Part shown: positions 28,560-43,149 of the stretch, in pieces
Layout of the letters: every line of letters starts with the position of its first letter
Numbering within the stretch: position 1 is the stretch's first letter
Assembly (NCBI GenBank): GCA_964016885.1
Contig: OZ024748.1
Location: forward strand, 4,836,001-4,900,000
Direction: 5' to 3'
Length of the DNA stretch: 64,000 nucleotides
Origin: Eledone cirrhosa
Taxonomy: Eukaryota
Position numbers and translations under genes: made by a program
Notes under the pieces: generated by a model
What the model was told of the DNA's origin: nothing
Databases searched by the model: none
What the model saw: the letters and a program-made list of their open reading frames with translations, nothing else

Positions 28560-28728
28560 CGTGAGGCAGTGAATTGCTTAAGTCGTTAGAATATTGGGTA
28601 TAATGATATCCAGTATTCCAGTATTCGTTCAGGCTGCCTCAGATTTGAATTCAAATCTTACCATGGTCAATTTTGCGTTTAGTCTTTCCAGGGTGTCGAT
28701 AAAATAAAGTAACAGTCCAGCATTGGGT
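28560..28728 (+). mobile_element. S1-like SINE, old diverged copy
   Basis: ttcaaatc...ggtgtcgataaaataaagtaacagt. Confidence 0.55.
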
Positions 28729-29079
28729 TCAGGTTTTTCACTGAATCTCTCTCTCTCTCCCTCTCCCCCATCTCTCTCTCTCCTCTCTCTCTCTCTCTGG
28801 AAGAAAACGACTGTGTTCCGGCCTGGAGAGGGATGGACTTCACCAGGTTTAAATGTTCAAGGCATGCATGACAAGACGGTGCTCCTATTGATGCATGAAG
28901 TATTAAAGGCCCAGGGAATATAAATGAGAATAGTAGTGTTGTTCAAATGATTTTCTTTTAGAATAGGTGTGTGTCTGTGTGTGTGTGAGAGAGAGAGAGT
29001 GAGTTTAAGTTTAATGGTTGTGTATGTCTTGTAATGAAAGCAATTCGATGAAATAAACACCAGACTTCAGAAATTTAGA

Positions 29080-29172
29080 ACTAGGGTCGATATAAAAAAT
29101 TAAATTCCCTGAAGGCGGAGACACAACATGGCGGCAGTTTAATGACTAAAAGCAGGGAAAGAACAAAAGAAG
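29080..29172 (+). mobile_element. SINE family S3 3' end
   Basis: gaaggcggagacacaacatggcggcagtttaatgactaaaagcag..aaagaacaaaaga; a related reverse copy lies at 48493-48553. Confidence 0.45.
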
Positions 29173-29364
29173 ATTCAAATAATATGAAAGTTGAGAATAA
29201 TGGCGAGAAACGACTTCAATTGAAAAAAAAATCGATATTTAGTTTTGATGTAGAATTATCGATGTTAATTACCGATGTAAGGTGGCAAAGGTAAAAATAA
29301 CATATTGATTCCATATAAAATATGTACAAAGCCTTTATATTTTAGAGGAGAGGAATGTAGATAA

Positions 29365-30036
29365 TAATAATAATAATTGTTTCTACTTTAGGCACAAGAC
29401 CAGCAATTACCCAGTGCATTACTGGTACTTTATTTTATCGACCCCGTAAGGATGAAAGGCAAAGTCAACCTCGGCGGGATTTGAACTCAGATAATAATAA
29501 TAATAATGATAATAATAATTGTTTCTACATTCGGCAAAAGGGCAGCAATTACCCCAGTACATTACTGGTGCTTTATTTTATCGACCCCTTAAAGGCAAAG
29601 TTAACCTCAGCAGGATTTGAACTCAGAACGCAAAGGGCCATAACTCTATGCTGCAAAGCATGATGTCTGACGCTCTACCGATACTGCTAATCCACTAATA
29701 ATAATTGTTTCTATATTAGGCACAAGGCAAGCAATTTTAGGTGTGAGGGGAAAGTCGATTAAATTCACCCCAGAACATGAAGGGCCATAAGTCTATACTG
29801 CAAATATATTCTCCGATGCTCTACCGATTCTGCCAATCCACCAATAATAAATGTTTCTACTTTTGGCAGAAAGCCAGCAATTACCCCAGTACATTACTGG
29901 TACTTTATTTTATCGGCTCCGTAAATATGGAAGGCAAAGCTTACCTCGGCGGGATCTGAACTCAGAATGTAATGAGGCATACCTCTATGGCGCAAAGCAT
30001 GTTGTCCGACGCTCTACCGATACTGCCATTCCACCA
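29365..30036 (-). mobile_element. Cluster of four tandem S1 SINE copies, some partial
   Basis: Repeated aataattgtttcta...ggca...gcaatt...actggtactttattttatcg...gatttgaactcag, with (AAT)n between copies. Confidence 0.85.
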
Positions 30037-30374
30037 CCCTCACATCACACCAAATATATTAATACACGAATTAGATGATCGAATATTATTACGGCAGTGT
30101 TACGGTAGAATTGTGTATGATCTCTTGTGTGCGTGTGTATATATATGTGTGTATATGTGTATATATGTGTATATATGTGTATATATGTGTATATATGTGT
30201 ATATATGTGTGTAAATAACACATTTTCGGTCGACATATTTTCAAATATTTATATCAAAAACACACCCGAAGATAGGTATTCCTTTTCTTTCGTGTCTCAA
30301 GGTCAGTAAAAGAAATTTGGACACACGCACACAGGTATACACGTGAAACACAAATAGACACATATAAACCCATT

Positions 30375-30407
<33 letters not shown>

Positions 30408-30409
<2 letters not shown>

Positions 30410-30595
30410 GATATATTAACAAATGGAAACTATATTTATAAAACCATATTTAGTATGAATATAGTTTCCATTTATAAATATAGTTTCCATTTGTTAATAT
30501 ATCGTATTTTTACTCCAATAATTTGTTGAGTGCTTTATATCAGTTATAAAAATATTTGCTTGTTGTATCCCAACAATTTAAATAGAACTTCTACA
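30408..30595 (+). mobile_element. Family A element, internally deleted (no hammerhead left), in (TA)n
   Basis: The outer arms cgatatattaacaaatggaaactatattt / aaatatagtttccatttgttaatatatcg and the tail are nearly identical to 18270-18720. Confidence 0.85.
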
Positions 30596-31198
30596 TATAT
30601 ATATGTAAGCACCCAAATATATAAAAACACTCAGTTGGCTGCTAACGAACGAGCGTAGCAACACGTGTCTGTCTTTTAGTAGTTTTTCAATCTCCGTCCG
30701 TCTATTACGAAGCCCTGTGGGGATAAAATTATAATAAAATGTGTTGTGCTCATGCGAAGAGATGCTATAAAATAGCTTATGGACCAACGTAAAGACGCTT
30801 AAATATGGTAAAAGAAGTCACCGTTGGCAAGACCATCTACTGTTGAAAAGTTGATACATTCCTTATATTTGTTCATACTCAAAACAAGTAAAGACCCACC
30901 CGAGTTATAGTAACGCAAATAATTGACTATACTTATATATATATTCTCATATATATTAAGGATTAGCTTTATTGATCAGTATATTAGTCTTGGGGTACCC
31001 TGGACGTGTTTTCGGCTCCCGCAGGCATAAAAACTTGCATCAATCGACTGACAAACGGACATGTTGGCGGAGAGGTAGGAGGCCTTAAATGAGGACCCTT
31101 GGTGTCGGTGCCAGCTGTGCCCCAATTCTCATGTCCTAGTATATAATATATGTGTGTGTGTGCGCACGTGTGTGTGCGCACGTGCGTGTGTGTGTGTG

Positions 31199-31260
<62 letters not shown>

Positions 31261-31819
31261 ACCTACACGAAACACAAAAGCGTAAATATGTAGATACAAA
31301 CATGCACGCACACACGCAAACAAACATACATATGCGCACACACCCAAGCAATAAAACACACAAAAGATACGATACTTATAAGGTAACCTATAGATACACG
31401 TTTATTGGGATGATATAGATATGTAAATGTATCTGTGTAAGTCTATTTGATATGGTTGTGTGCTCGGGTGCCATTTTCCAATGTTCAGCGGACCTGAAAT
31501 GGCCTCGCTTTTTATCACCCATTTTTTTTGACATCGATAACAGTAAACAAGGTAGTGGCTTACCTTTATGTTGGTTTGTGTTTCTAGCGTATTTGTGGCT
31601 TTCGGCTGTATATGTGTGTGCTTTATGGGTGTGTATATGTTTGTGATACCTCAGATTCCTATTACGAAGTACTTCATGTTTGCAAGGAGTTTGTGTATAT
31701 GTGTGTTTACGTATGTGTTTATCTATAAATAACTAACGAAGAAATAGGAAAAAAAAAATAATACCATGCTCACTTCACCTAACACGCTGCAGTCTCTTTG
31801 TTTCTCTCTCTCATATATA

Positions 31820-31923
31820 TACAGGATCTCCCCCCCCCCCCCCCCCGCAAAAAAAAATATATATACACTTTTATCGACACAATGTTGTCGAAGAGTATAC
31901 AAATTTTTTGGGGACACCCTGTA
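31820..31923. mobile_element. Small palindromic Tc1/mariner-type MITE
   Basis: Ends TA-caggatctcccc and ggggacaccctg-TA (a CAGGGTGTCCC-type TIR), with internal inverted symmetry. Confidence 0.55.
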
Positions 31924-32615
31924 TATATATATTTTTTTTTATGCTTTGGGCGGGTCATGTTGCCAATAAGAAACACACGCACCAGAAACTTTCACTTAAA
32001 TTTATTATAAATTAAATTTATAAATTTAAGAATTTATAAATTTCCGGTTGGTTGGTTGGTTACCTCTCCTTTGTTCTGTCCTACGCCATCTTGTTTTTGT
32101 GTGTGTTGTGTGCTTAGTTTGCGCATGTGTTACATCCGGGTGTCTGTGTGTGTTTATATTTGTTTATTTATTTGTTTATTTACATGTTACTGGTTGGTTG
32201 TTTGTTCTATGTGTGTGTGTGTTTTAATTTTGTCCTTAATTGTAAGTTGTAATGTTGCTATTCCATTCATGTTTTCTATTTAATTTTGGTTGGAATTCAT
32301 TTATGTTTATTGCCTCTGTGATTTGTCTAAACATTGCCACAAATAAGCCACAAATAAGCCACACATATATATATATATATATATATTTATCTATATATGA
32401 GATATATATGAGATATATATGAGACATATATATATATGAGATATATATATATATAAGATATATATATATGAGATATATATATTTATATATATATGAGATA
32501 AGTCAGTTTTCACTTTATGTAAGTAAAATCGTATTTTTGTGTGTTAGAATATTTAATCACATAAATCTCTCTTCAAATTTCTCACTTCTTGTTTCTTTTA
32601 TCCTATTACAATATT

Positions 32616-32701
<86 letters not shown>

Positions 32702-32957
32702 GTTCGAAACAGATTCCTTATACACAATTTCCATCTCGAGGTAAATTGCCGAAACCGTGTGTAAAATGGTAAACATGCCCTCTATATTCCACGCATAGGT
32801 ATCAACCGTTTAACCACTTAGTTTTGAGACAATCTTCTTAACCATACTTCCTGCAATCAAGTATCATTTCAAAGCTATTTTTGCAGTGTTAAATGATTAA
32901 CGTTACATATTTCATCATAATTTGACCGGGCATGAAAATCACAGATATTTGATCTAA

Positions 32958-33025
32958 AATCAATGACAGAAACGGAATCCTCCTATATATATATATATAG
33001 GAGGATTACGTTTCTGTCATTGATT
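32958..33025. repeat. Palindrome with a (TA)n centre
   Basis: aatcaatgacagaaacg.aatcctc-ctata..tatag-gaggatt.cgtttctgtcattgatt. Confidence 0.8.
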
Positions 33026-33028
33026 CTG

Positions 33029-33080
<52 letters not shown>

Positions 33081-33207
33081 CAACGCTAGACTCATCTGAT
33101 CCCTGTTTCAACCGCGCACCCTTAAATATGTCAGATATCTCTGTATCGTATTTCAGTTTAGCGGCGCCAGTGTCCTTTGAAAGAGGGGTTGACACAACAC
33201 ATACGCA

Positions 33208-33275
<68 letters not shown>

Positions 33276-33955
33276 CAAGTAGATAAGATAAACAAATAGG
33301 GTTCAGTGTCCCCTAAAACACAACTTGGTGTCTGGGATGATATAAGACGACATGAATCATGAGCTGTGAATCTGATATTATGAAGGGTCACAGCGGGTTT
33401 TGGTGTTGTTTACACGTTACTTTTCAGATCCTTAAATGCCCAGCCAAAAAATCTTCCATGAGATTAAACTTCGTTGAAAGCCTGTTAAACCTACATAGGG
33501 ATAAGCTGTAAAAACAACATGATAGAACAGGAACCCCTATTATTTAAAGACTTCAAGAAAGCTCCCATGAGATGCAAAGTTTTTGGAGTTCTAGTTAAGT
33601 ATAGTTAAGTACAAAACAGTCTGAGCTGTAAAGGTCATATGACAGAAAGGGGCCTGCTGTCATTGAAATACTCAAGAATGTTTCCATAAAATGCAAACCC
33701 ATAGAAGGCCAGCCCAGCTAATCCTACATAGCTGTGAGCTGGGAATTTTGTTTCTATTTTTTTCACTATTCCACCTACGCTTCCCCAAATTTATGTCTAT
33801 CTGATAGTTAATATGTAGTGTTATTACATAGAGAATACATACATACACAAACACACCCATATGTCGATATATATTTATATATATGTAGATATATATATAT
33901 GTAGATATATATATATGTAGATATTGATATATATATATGTATATATATATATATG

Positions 33956-33988
<33 letters not shown>

Positions 33989-34470
33989 GGAGATACATAT
34001 GTAGATACACACATATATATATATATGGTTGTGGGTGTTATTTCGAGTAAGTTTACAAAAAGTGGTAAAAATGTCCAGCAAGCAGCTGGCAACCGGAAAT
34101 TGCGAATGCCGGTATATAGTGAAACATAGCCAGACCGGAAGGCATGGATTGGATTGATGCCCAAATCAAACCAGCCAATCGTTTAACAGAAATCACTTGA
34201 TGATGACTCAGTTAAGAGATAAAATATCATCCTATTATTACATTCTCATTCTTTTACATATGAGTGTTTACGTGTGTTCATGTAGGAGTGTATAAATATA
34301 TATATATATATATATACATATATACATACATACACGCACGCATATATATATATATATATACATACACACACGCACACTCATATATATATATGTGAAAAAA
34401 AGCGTGTTTGTGTGTGAGAGAAAGAATGTGTGAGAAACAGAACGTGTGTATGTTTGTGTGTGTGTATGTT

Positions 34471-34505
<35 letters not shown>

Positions 34506-34864
34506 TTGTGTACATCAGGATATAGGCATGTATGTATGGACCTGTAACTCCTGGTAACGTCGTATGGGTAGAGCATAGGAAAGAATGCGACAAACCAATT
34601 TACCTGGTTACAGGTATGGCTGAATGGTAAAACGGTTGCTTTGCCATAAAGAAGGTTCCAGTTCACCTGGACATGTTTTGTATTATATCAACCCCTATAC
34701 CTAAATGATAAAAGGCAAATTTGAATTCATCAGTGTGGATTTAAATCTCGAGAACCGGATTAACGAATGATGTTCGATTTAGAGAAAGACTTCGGGATTT
34801 TAGAAAGACTTCTATATGAGAGAAAGACGTTGGGACTAGAGAAAGGCTTTTCTAGTTCCAACTC

Positions 34865-35080
34865 TTCTTCTTCTTCTTCTTCTTCTTCTTCTTCCAATTC
34901 ATTCTTGGTGGGGCAGAGTTCTCAAACATCCTCCCAGTGAGTCCTGTCGAAAGCAACCGTCTTCAACTTATCCGGTTTCATCTCCAAGCGAGACCAGCCA
35001 AGCCAATCTTGTTCAGGGGTCTAACCCTGGGTTTCCTGTCAGCTGGTTTTGCCCATAAAATCTGTCTAGTGATTCCTGGA
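34865..35080 (-). mobile_element. RTE-type LINE 3' end with (GAA)n tail
   Basis: Homologous to 60121-60295; the minus strand encodes a degenerate KPRVRP...W...VAFDRTHWE C-terminal motif. Confidence 0.6.
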
Positions 35081-35994
35081 ATCATTATATTTATCAAGAG
35101 GTTAACACTTCTCTATTTGATGTCAAATATGTAGCTGGCCTCACAGTGGTTTCTCAGATGTTTTAATAATAAGAGCTGAATCCTTTTATACAAAACCTCT
35201 TCAAAGGAACTGTATTCTTCAAGAACACAAGGCATCAGCCAACTGAAAAATCGAAGCTTCCATTTCATGACTGTCAATCAACAACTAGTCCACTTAATTA
35301 AATGTACAAACCGTGACTCACTTTTTGATTATTGGATTGAGAGGGACTTTCCTAGTAAGGAGACTGACTATTTGTTTGTGTGTAGATATTTACGTACGTG
35401 TGTGGTTGTGTGAGTGTGCGTACGTGAGTTTGTGTGAATGGATGTGTACGTGTGTGTATATGTATCTGCATGAATGATTGTGTGAGTTTGTGTATAGATA
35501 TTTACGTGCGTGTATATATGTCTGTATGAATGATTGTGTGAGAGTGTACGTACGTCAGTTTGTGTGAGTGGATGTGTACGTGTGAGTGTGTTAATCAAAA
35601 GAAGAAAATAATTAAGTTTCAGTTGAAAATAGTTGAAGAATAACAACAACAACAGCAACAACAATAACATAAAACAAAACAAGAAACTATCAACGGTTTA
35701 ATAATTAGCAATTATTAAATCTTTAATTTTCTATTTAGTTAATGATGTTTTAAAACGTCTTACAAACAGTTTTATAATTAGAATATCGTAATTTCTCTGT
35801 GTATTTAATTTTGATTGTTTGTGTTCGTGATTATATGGATGTGTGTGTGTGTGTATGTATTTATGTGTGTGTGTGGGTGGTGACTGTGAATTAGTTTTTG
35901 AATGTGTGTATGTCAGTGTACCTCTGTCTATGTGTGTGTGTATGTATCAGTGTGTACGGGTGTTTGCCTTTCCCAGTCTCACAAATTACTAGTC

Positions 35995-36440
35995 ACGCCC
36001 CATTATGTTCTGAGTTCAAATCCCGCCGAGGTTAACTTTGCCTTTTATCCTTACGGGGTCGATAAATAAAGTACCAGTAACGCATTGGGGACGATGTAAT
36101 TGACTTTCCTTTCCCCAAAAAATTGTTGGCCCTGTGCCTAAATCAGAAACCATTATTATTATCATTATGAAGGTGGATTGGCAGTATCGGGAGAGGGTCC
36201 GACGCCATGGGAGGTGGATTGGCAGTATCGGGAGAGGGTCCGACGCCATGCTTTATAGCGCAGAGTTATAGTCCTATACGTTCTGAGTTCAAAACCCACC
36301 GAGGTTAGCTTTGCCTTTCATCCTTACGGGGTCGATAAAATAAAGTACCAGAAACTCACTGGGGTCGATTTAATCGACTTTCCCCTTCCCAAAAATTGTT
36401 CGCTTTGTGCTTAAATGAAAAACTATTATTATTATTATCA
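35995..36440 (+). mobile_element. Two tandem S1 SINE copies, the second with a duplicated head
   Basis: The conserved body occurs twice; the head ggattggcagtatcgggagagggtccgacgccatg occurs twice at 36175-36250. Confidence 0.85.
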
Positions 36441-36524
36441 AGTCATAAACATTTTACAGTTGTTTGAAAAATCGGAAAAAAGAAACTTATAGTTCTATAT
36501 TCATTAGAGGATTGGCAGAGGACG

Positions 36525-37011
36525 GAGGATTGGCAGTATCGGTAGAGGGTCGGACGCCATGGGTGGGGGATTGGCAGTATCGGTAGAGGGTCGGACGCCA
36601 TGGGAGGTGGCTTGGCAGTATCGGTAGAGGGTCGGACGCCATGGGTGGGGGATTGGCAGTATCGGTAGAGGGTCGGACGCCATGGGAGGTGGCTTGGCAG
36701 TATCGGTAGAGGGTCGGACGCCATGGGTGGGGGATTGGCAGTATCGGTAGAGGGTCGGACGCCATGGGTGGGGGATTGGCAGTATCGGTAGAGGGTCGGA
36801 CGCCATGGGTGGGGGATTGGCAGTATCGGTAGAGGGTCGGACGCCATGGGTGGGGGATTGGCAGTATCGGTAGAGGGTCGGACGCCATGGGTGGAGGATT
36901 GGCAGTATCGGTAGAGGGTCGGACGCCATGGGTAGAGGATTGGCAGTATCGGTAGAGGGTCGGACGCCATGGGAGGTGGCTTGGCAGTATCGGTAGAGGG
37001 TCGGACGCCAT
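36525..37011 (+). repeat. 41-bp tandem array, 12 copies, derived from the S1 SINE 5' head
   Basis: Unit attggcagtatcggtagagggtcggacgccatgggtggggg with starts at 36529+41n. The array runs into a deleted SINE body ending near 37080. Confidence 0.95.
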
Positions 37012-37687
37012 GCTTTGACGCATAGAGTTACGGCCCTTGCCGTATTTTGTGGCCTTGTGCCAAATGTAGAAACAATTATTTTCATTAGAGCAGCTTCAAC
37101 AATAATAATTATTATTAGTATTATTACTATTCATTATTTGCATTGGTTTCAGAAAAGTAGCTTTTAGAGAAAGCTACAGAGACCAGACGGTATGCGCAGC
37201 AGACATATGTATTTTCATAGATTTGTAGAGAACATTTTTGAACTATCATATTGTTGGCAAATAAACCTACTGTGATATCGTGATGGAAGAGTATAAATAT
37301 ATACAAAATATCAGTAATAATAATAATGATAATAATAAAGAAGAAGAAGAAGAAGAAGAAGAAGAAGAAGAAGAAGAAGAAGAAGAAGAAGAAGAAGAAG
37401 AACAACAACAACAACAACACACCGCACAACAACATCGCACAACAACCGAAAGAACCAATCATAAACGAGAGTGTTTTGTACTAAAACTGCCTATAAGTCT
37501 GCCATTTTCTAGTAAGTAATAAAGAAGAACTGTAAACAAGGAACGGTATTAGAAGGAGAAGGTTGAGAGGGAAGGGAGATAACTGTATAATTGATCATCG
37601 AATTAGAAATAAAATTTGGCATGGCGCCATTTTGGTAGCAGTTTTCAATACAATTACTACCAGACAACAAAATGTAATGTGTAGAAG

Positions 37688-37763
<76 letters not shown>

Positions 37764-38658
37764 GGTTGGTATATATTTGAAAAGAAAAGAAAGAAGAAAA
37801 AGGATGAAACAGAGAGAAACTAGATTATGTACAATTATAAATATCAATGTGTGTATGTGTGTGTATGTGTGTGTTGATGTGTTTGTCTGTATAAGAATGT
37901 ATATATTTTAGTTTACTGTGCGATACGTACGTACAAGTATTGCAGTGCAGGGCTCACTCGGACACCAAAATGCACTCCAATGAGTTCATCTGTCGAATGT
38001 GGGATAACAAGGCCTCAAAACTACATAAGTTGGCAATTGTAGAGTCAACGTCTTTACCAGAGGACGTGTAAGTTTGTGAAGATCTTTTCAGATGAAACAA
38101 AATCGCCCTACGGAACCCGATTACTTGGATATCGTTGTCGATGCTGCCTTTCTCAAAAGAGTAATAAAAAGGTTGTGCCCTATATATTTGAATGATAATA
38201 GTACACTACTGTCAGCTAATCATACACAAAATTGAATAGAGCGAGTGTCACAATGGCATTCCATTAGGAGGTAGCTTCTGTCTTGCTAATGTCCACAGCT
38301 CTGTCGTTCAGTAGGCTCTCTCATCAACACTGTAATCTTGGAATTATAGGAGCTACGAGAGCACTCTCATCTGTATACTGTAACTCGAGGTTAAGGCAGT
38401 TGATTCCACTGAGTCTTTAGAGTGTTGGATAATAATTATTCTGGTTCCTTCCGTTCGGGTTTCAAATTCCGGCAATATCTACTTTGACTTACATAATTTC
38501 AAAAATGATAAAGGAAGCACCAGCCCCGTTCTGTTGTAGTCTCCTCTCTCTCCTTCCAGCTGACACATTCTCGATGTTCCATTAGATCAAGGTTTAGATG
38601 ATCAAAAGTCTCTCTCTGTATAAGCACGCAAAATTCTAAGCAAGAAACATGGGACATA

Positions 38659-38828
38659 CAGTATTTCCCGGCGCCGAAGACGCTTCGTCCCCGGGGACGC
38701 ACATCAATTTTGACAGCCAAAAATTTGAAAAAAATAAATAAACAACCTTCGGTTTCCAGGACACGTGGTAAATTTTTGAAACTTATTTTAGGAAAAAAAG
38801 TAGCGTCTCTCGACGCTGAGAAATACGG
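38659..38828. mobile_element. Tc1/mariner (pogo/Tigger-like) MITE, ~170 bp, TA target duplication
   Basis: TA-cagtatttcccggcgccgaagacgc ... gcgtctctcgacgctgagaaatacgg-TA imperfect TIRs. Confidence 0.7.
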
Positions 38829-39020
38829 TACCTTCACGTCAATATTGATTGATATTAATGGGAGTTTCAGGTCCCACATTCTACAGGCTTTTCTGTGTCG
38901 TTGTCGTATAGACCCCAGTATCCCAGTACATATTTTTCAAATCTGATAGTTATTTTATCGAACCCTTTTAGACGTATCGCTCTGATAAAGGATAGACACG
39001 AATGGACACACAAAGACACA

Positions 39021-39070
<50 letters not shown>

Positions 39071-39338
39071 CACACACAGAAACTTTCCTAATATGACCCA
39101 CAATGGGAGCGAACTCGGCACAACATGGTAGTGATATATATATATATATATATATATATACGAGCAGTTTATAGAACCTTATTTGTCAGCGTTTTTCTAA
39201 CCTCGCAAATCGTTCAGTGGTTTGATCAAGCGGAAACGTGGAAGGCACTGAAGTAAACTATATAATAAATTATATAGTATCTATATTCCAGTATTGAGTA
39301 CAGTTGTGCCAGTTTATAGACATAAACGTACATCCAAC

Positions 39339-39465
<127 letters not shown>

Positions 39466-39684
39466 TGCGTTTCAGTTTGTGTATATATAAATATGAGTCA
39501 TCCTGTATGTATACAGTTATACATGTATATTATATATGCAACCTATGTGTGTAAGCGTGTGAATATGTGTGCATGCATTATAGTGTATATATACACACAC
39601 ACAAGCACTGCTTATTTCTATAATGCATGCACACATATTCACACGCTTACACACATAGGTTGCATATCTCTCTCTCTCTCTCTC

Positions 39685-39753
<69 letters not shown>

Positions 39754-40250
39754 TGGGGGGATGGAGAGCGAAAGAGAGACAATGATATATATATATTCAC
39801 AGAGAGAGAGAGATAGAGAGGGGGAGGGTGAGATACAGCCACACTGAGCGAGTGGAATTGGGTGAAAAAGAGTGAGATTAGATTTGAAGTGTGCGTTTTA
39901 TCCTAGTAAAGCCGCATTAGTGTACACGGGTGAGATAGGGGTGGAGCGGAGGTAGAAGGGGAAATAATTTTGAATACGAAATACATTAATAAAGATTTAA
40001 ATAATACATAAATCAAACGTCTTAAGTGATACGACTTGATTGTCTTGGGGAAGTGGGTTCTATTCACATTCGGAATCTACCGCAAACCGATTTTTACGTT
40101 TTTATTTTATTCTTTCTTCTCATGTTTTACAATTTTTCTCTGTTCGTTTTTTTTTTTATTTGTTCATTTTTTCAGTTTATATTTTTTATCTCGTGTATGT
40201 TTTGTTGTTGATTCTTTTTTCTAATTTTTAAGAAATTTTTCCTCTACTTT

Positions 40251-40285
<35 letters not shown>

Positions 40286-40489
40286 CTCTTTCTTTCTTAC
40301 CCTGCAATAATCCTTGTTATTCTCTCTGTCGTCTTTCTCTCTCTCACACAAGATATGCATTTACACACACACACAGACACAGACACACACACATACAAAC
40401 ACACACACACAGGCATACAACATGTCCGCCCTATCTTTTATTCTTTCACACACATTTGCATCCTCATAGAATCTCTCTTTCATATACAT

Positions 40490-40648
<159 letters not shown>

Positions 40649-40651
40649 GGT

Positions 40652-40689
<38 letters not shown>

Positions 40690-40703
40690 CAGAAAGAGAG
40701 AGG

Positions 40704-40759
<56 letters not shown>

Positions 40760-41808
40760 TATATTATCTATATATATCCGTCTCTTTATCCCTACTCCCT
40801 CTCTCCCACTCGATCTATCTATCTTTTTTTACACAAGCAAACACATACAGTTGCTCTCTAATTCTGTCACACACACCTAAGCTCTCTTTCTCCTCTCTCA
40901 CTCGCCCCCTCCACCCAACACACACAGTCACTATCCTACACTGTACCTACCATACACAGACACAACACCTTTTTCTCATTCTATCCCACCAGTTAAAGTT
41001 CCCCATTTTAATCCCATATTCACCGCTCTTTCCTTTGTATCTCTATTCTTATTGGTGACCCTTATCAAACCCAGATGTTCTTTTGGTCACTATTTTAAAG
41101 TCGAGAGGGTCACGGAAGGGTATGGAGTAAGGTGTCCATGTGAGGGGGAGGGCTAAATGGATTTTAAGACGAGAAACTGTAAAAGAGAATAGAATTTGTA
41201 TTAAACAAAACTTACAACAAATCGACTTGTATTGAAGGAGCTGCTCCAGTGTGGTCTTGTTTGTGATCATGGACACACTAAAAAATACAAAGTAGAAATA
41301 AGATCTATTTTTTTTTCACACAACATACTTTTCAGATTTGTCATGTTGGGTATTATTTTGTTGGTATTTGTGTGTTTGTCTGTTTATGTGTGTGTGTGTG
41401 TGTGTGTGTTTGCCTGTGTGCCTGTGTGTATGGATTGATGTATAGTCTTTACTAGTTTACCTGTTCCATATATATATATCTAAATAGTACACTATCAAAG
41501 TGTATATAAAGCGATTTTTAACTTGCTATTTCACCTGTTCCATATATATATATATATATATGCTTATGTATTCTTTTGTAACTATTTGGCTCTGTGTCTG
41601 TGTGTGTGTACTTGTGTGTGCATATGCTTGTGTATGTTTGGAATGGTGGGGTGTTAGGTGAGTTAGGGTGTGTACCTAGAGCTATTTGATTAATGTATTT
41701 CATTTGTCTCAGAAGAATTCGCTAAATTTAGTTTCGAATATAATTAAGACATATCGAAAATAACAAACGAAAAAACAACACACACACACACACTCTAGAG
41801 AAATACAC

Positions 41809-41877
<69 letters not shown>

Positions 41878-42139
41878 ATTCTCAAGCAAATTAACAAAAG
41901 AACGAAGCAAAGAAAAACAGTATATAACAGCAAAATGCAGCAATGAATAATAGAAACGCGGTGACAATGAAATATGAAGAAATTGTCATTGTTTCTACGT
42001 AGACTTACGTTTCAATTGTTAACGGAGACTCTTCAGTATAACTGTCGTATGGAACCATCTTGTGACACCGGTTACTTGCTTAAACATCTTATGCCTATGC
42101 ACGCACGGCTTGCTGTATAATCCACACAATGTGTGTGCG

Positions 42140-42214
<75 letters not shown>

Positions 42215-42225
42215 ATATGTGTACA

Positions 42226-42262
<37 letters not shown>

Positions 42263-42264
<2 letters not shown>

Positions 42265-42427
42265 GAAAGTGTTTGACCCCGACGGCGGCAGAGCTCAAGC
42301 CGTCGAAACGGCTTGAGTTCTGCCGTCGGGGTCATACATTTCCCTATCACCCACTCTACTACCCTAAGTATTGAGTACTCTGCTGCGTTATGGTCCATCT
42401 GGTTCCTTACCACAACTCCTTAGTAAA
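42263..42427 (+). mobile_element. Family D palindromic element with tail, in (TA)n
   Basis: tgaccccgacggc...ctcaagccgtc GAAACggcttgagttctgccGTCggggtca plus the conserved tail. Confidence 0.85.
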
Positions 42428-42585
42428 TATATATATATATATATATGTGCGTGTATGTGCATATCTCTCGATGTATATAAATCCATGTAAGCATGAATCT
42501 TGCGTGTATGTAGTTTGTGAGTTAACGTATTTGTCATGTATGCGCATATGTATATATATTTATATAAGTATGTGTGTATGTGTGA

Positions 42586-42640
<55 letters not shown>

Positions 42641-42899
42641 TATTTTATGATATATATTATATATATAGATGTGTGTGTGTGTGTTGCTATAGAAAGTTCT
42701 GTACAATATAACAGCAAAATGTCAAGTGATGTATCGTTGCTATTATCTCCCTTGCAGAAAACACATTAATCTTCCTTTAAGCTTTTAATCTTAGGTAAAC
42801 GGTGGCAGTTAAGTCGAGACACAGATCTATACATACGCAAATAAATACAAACAAATTCATACAAACGGCGCGTACACCTTCAGAAATAAGTACGCATAC

Positions 42900-42972
<73 letters not shown>

Positions 42973-43149
42973 CACACATATATATATATGTATATATCTA
43001 TGGATGTATATATCTATGTATATATATATATATAAATATATATATGTATATATCTATGGTATATATCTATGTATATATATATATATATATAAATATATAT
43101 ATGTATATCTATGGTATATCTATATATATATATTTATATATATGGAACG

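Noticed and set aside
29125-29135. YY1 site aacatggcggc
   Set aside because: It lies inside a SINE S3 3' end, so the repeat explains it.
36525-37011. CRISPR-like repeat array and three 175-193 aa ORFs
   Set aside because: The linkers are only about 10 nt and nearly identical, the unit matches the SINE head, and there are no cas genes. The ORFs are the translated 41-bp period.
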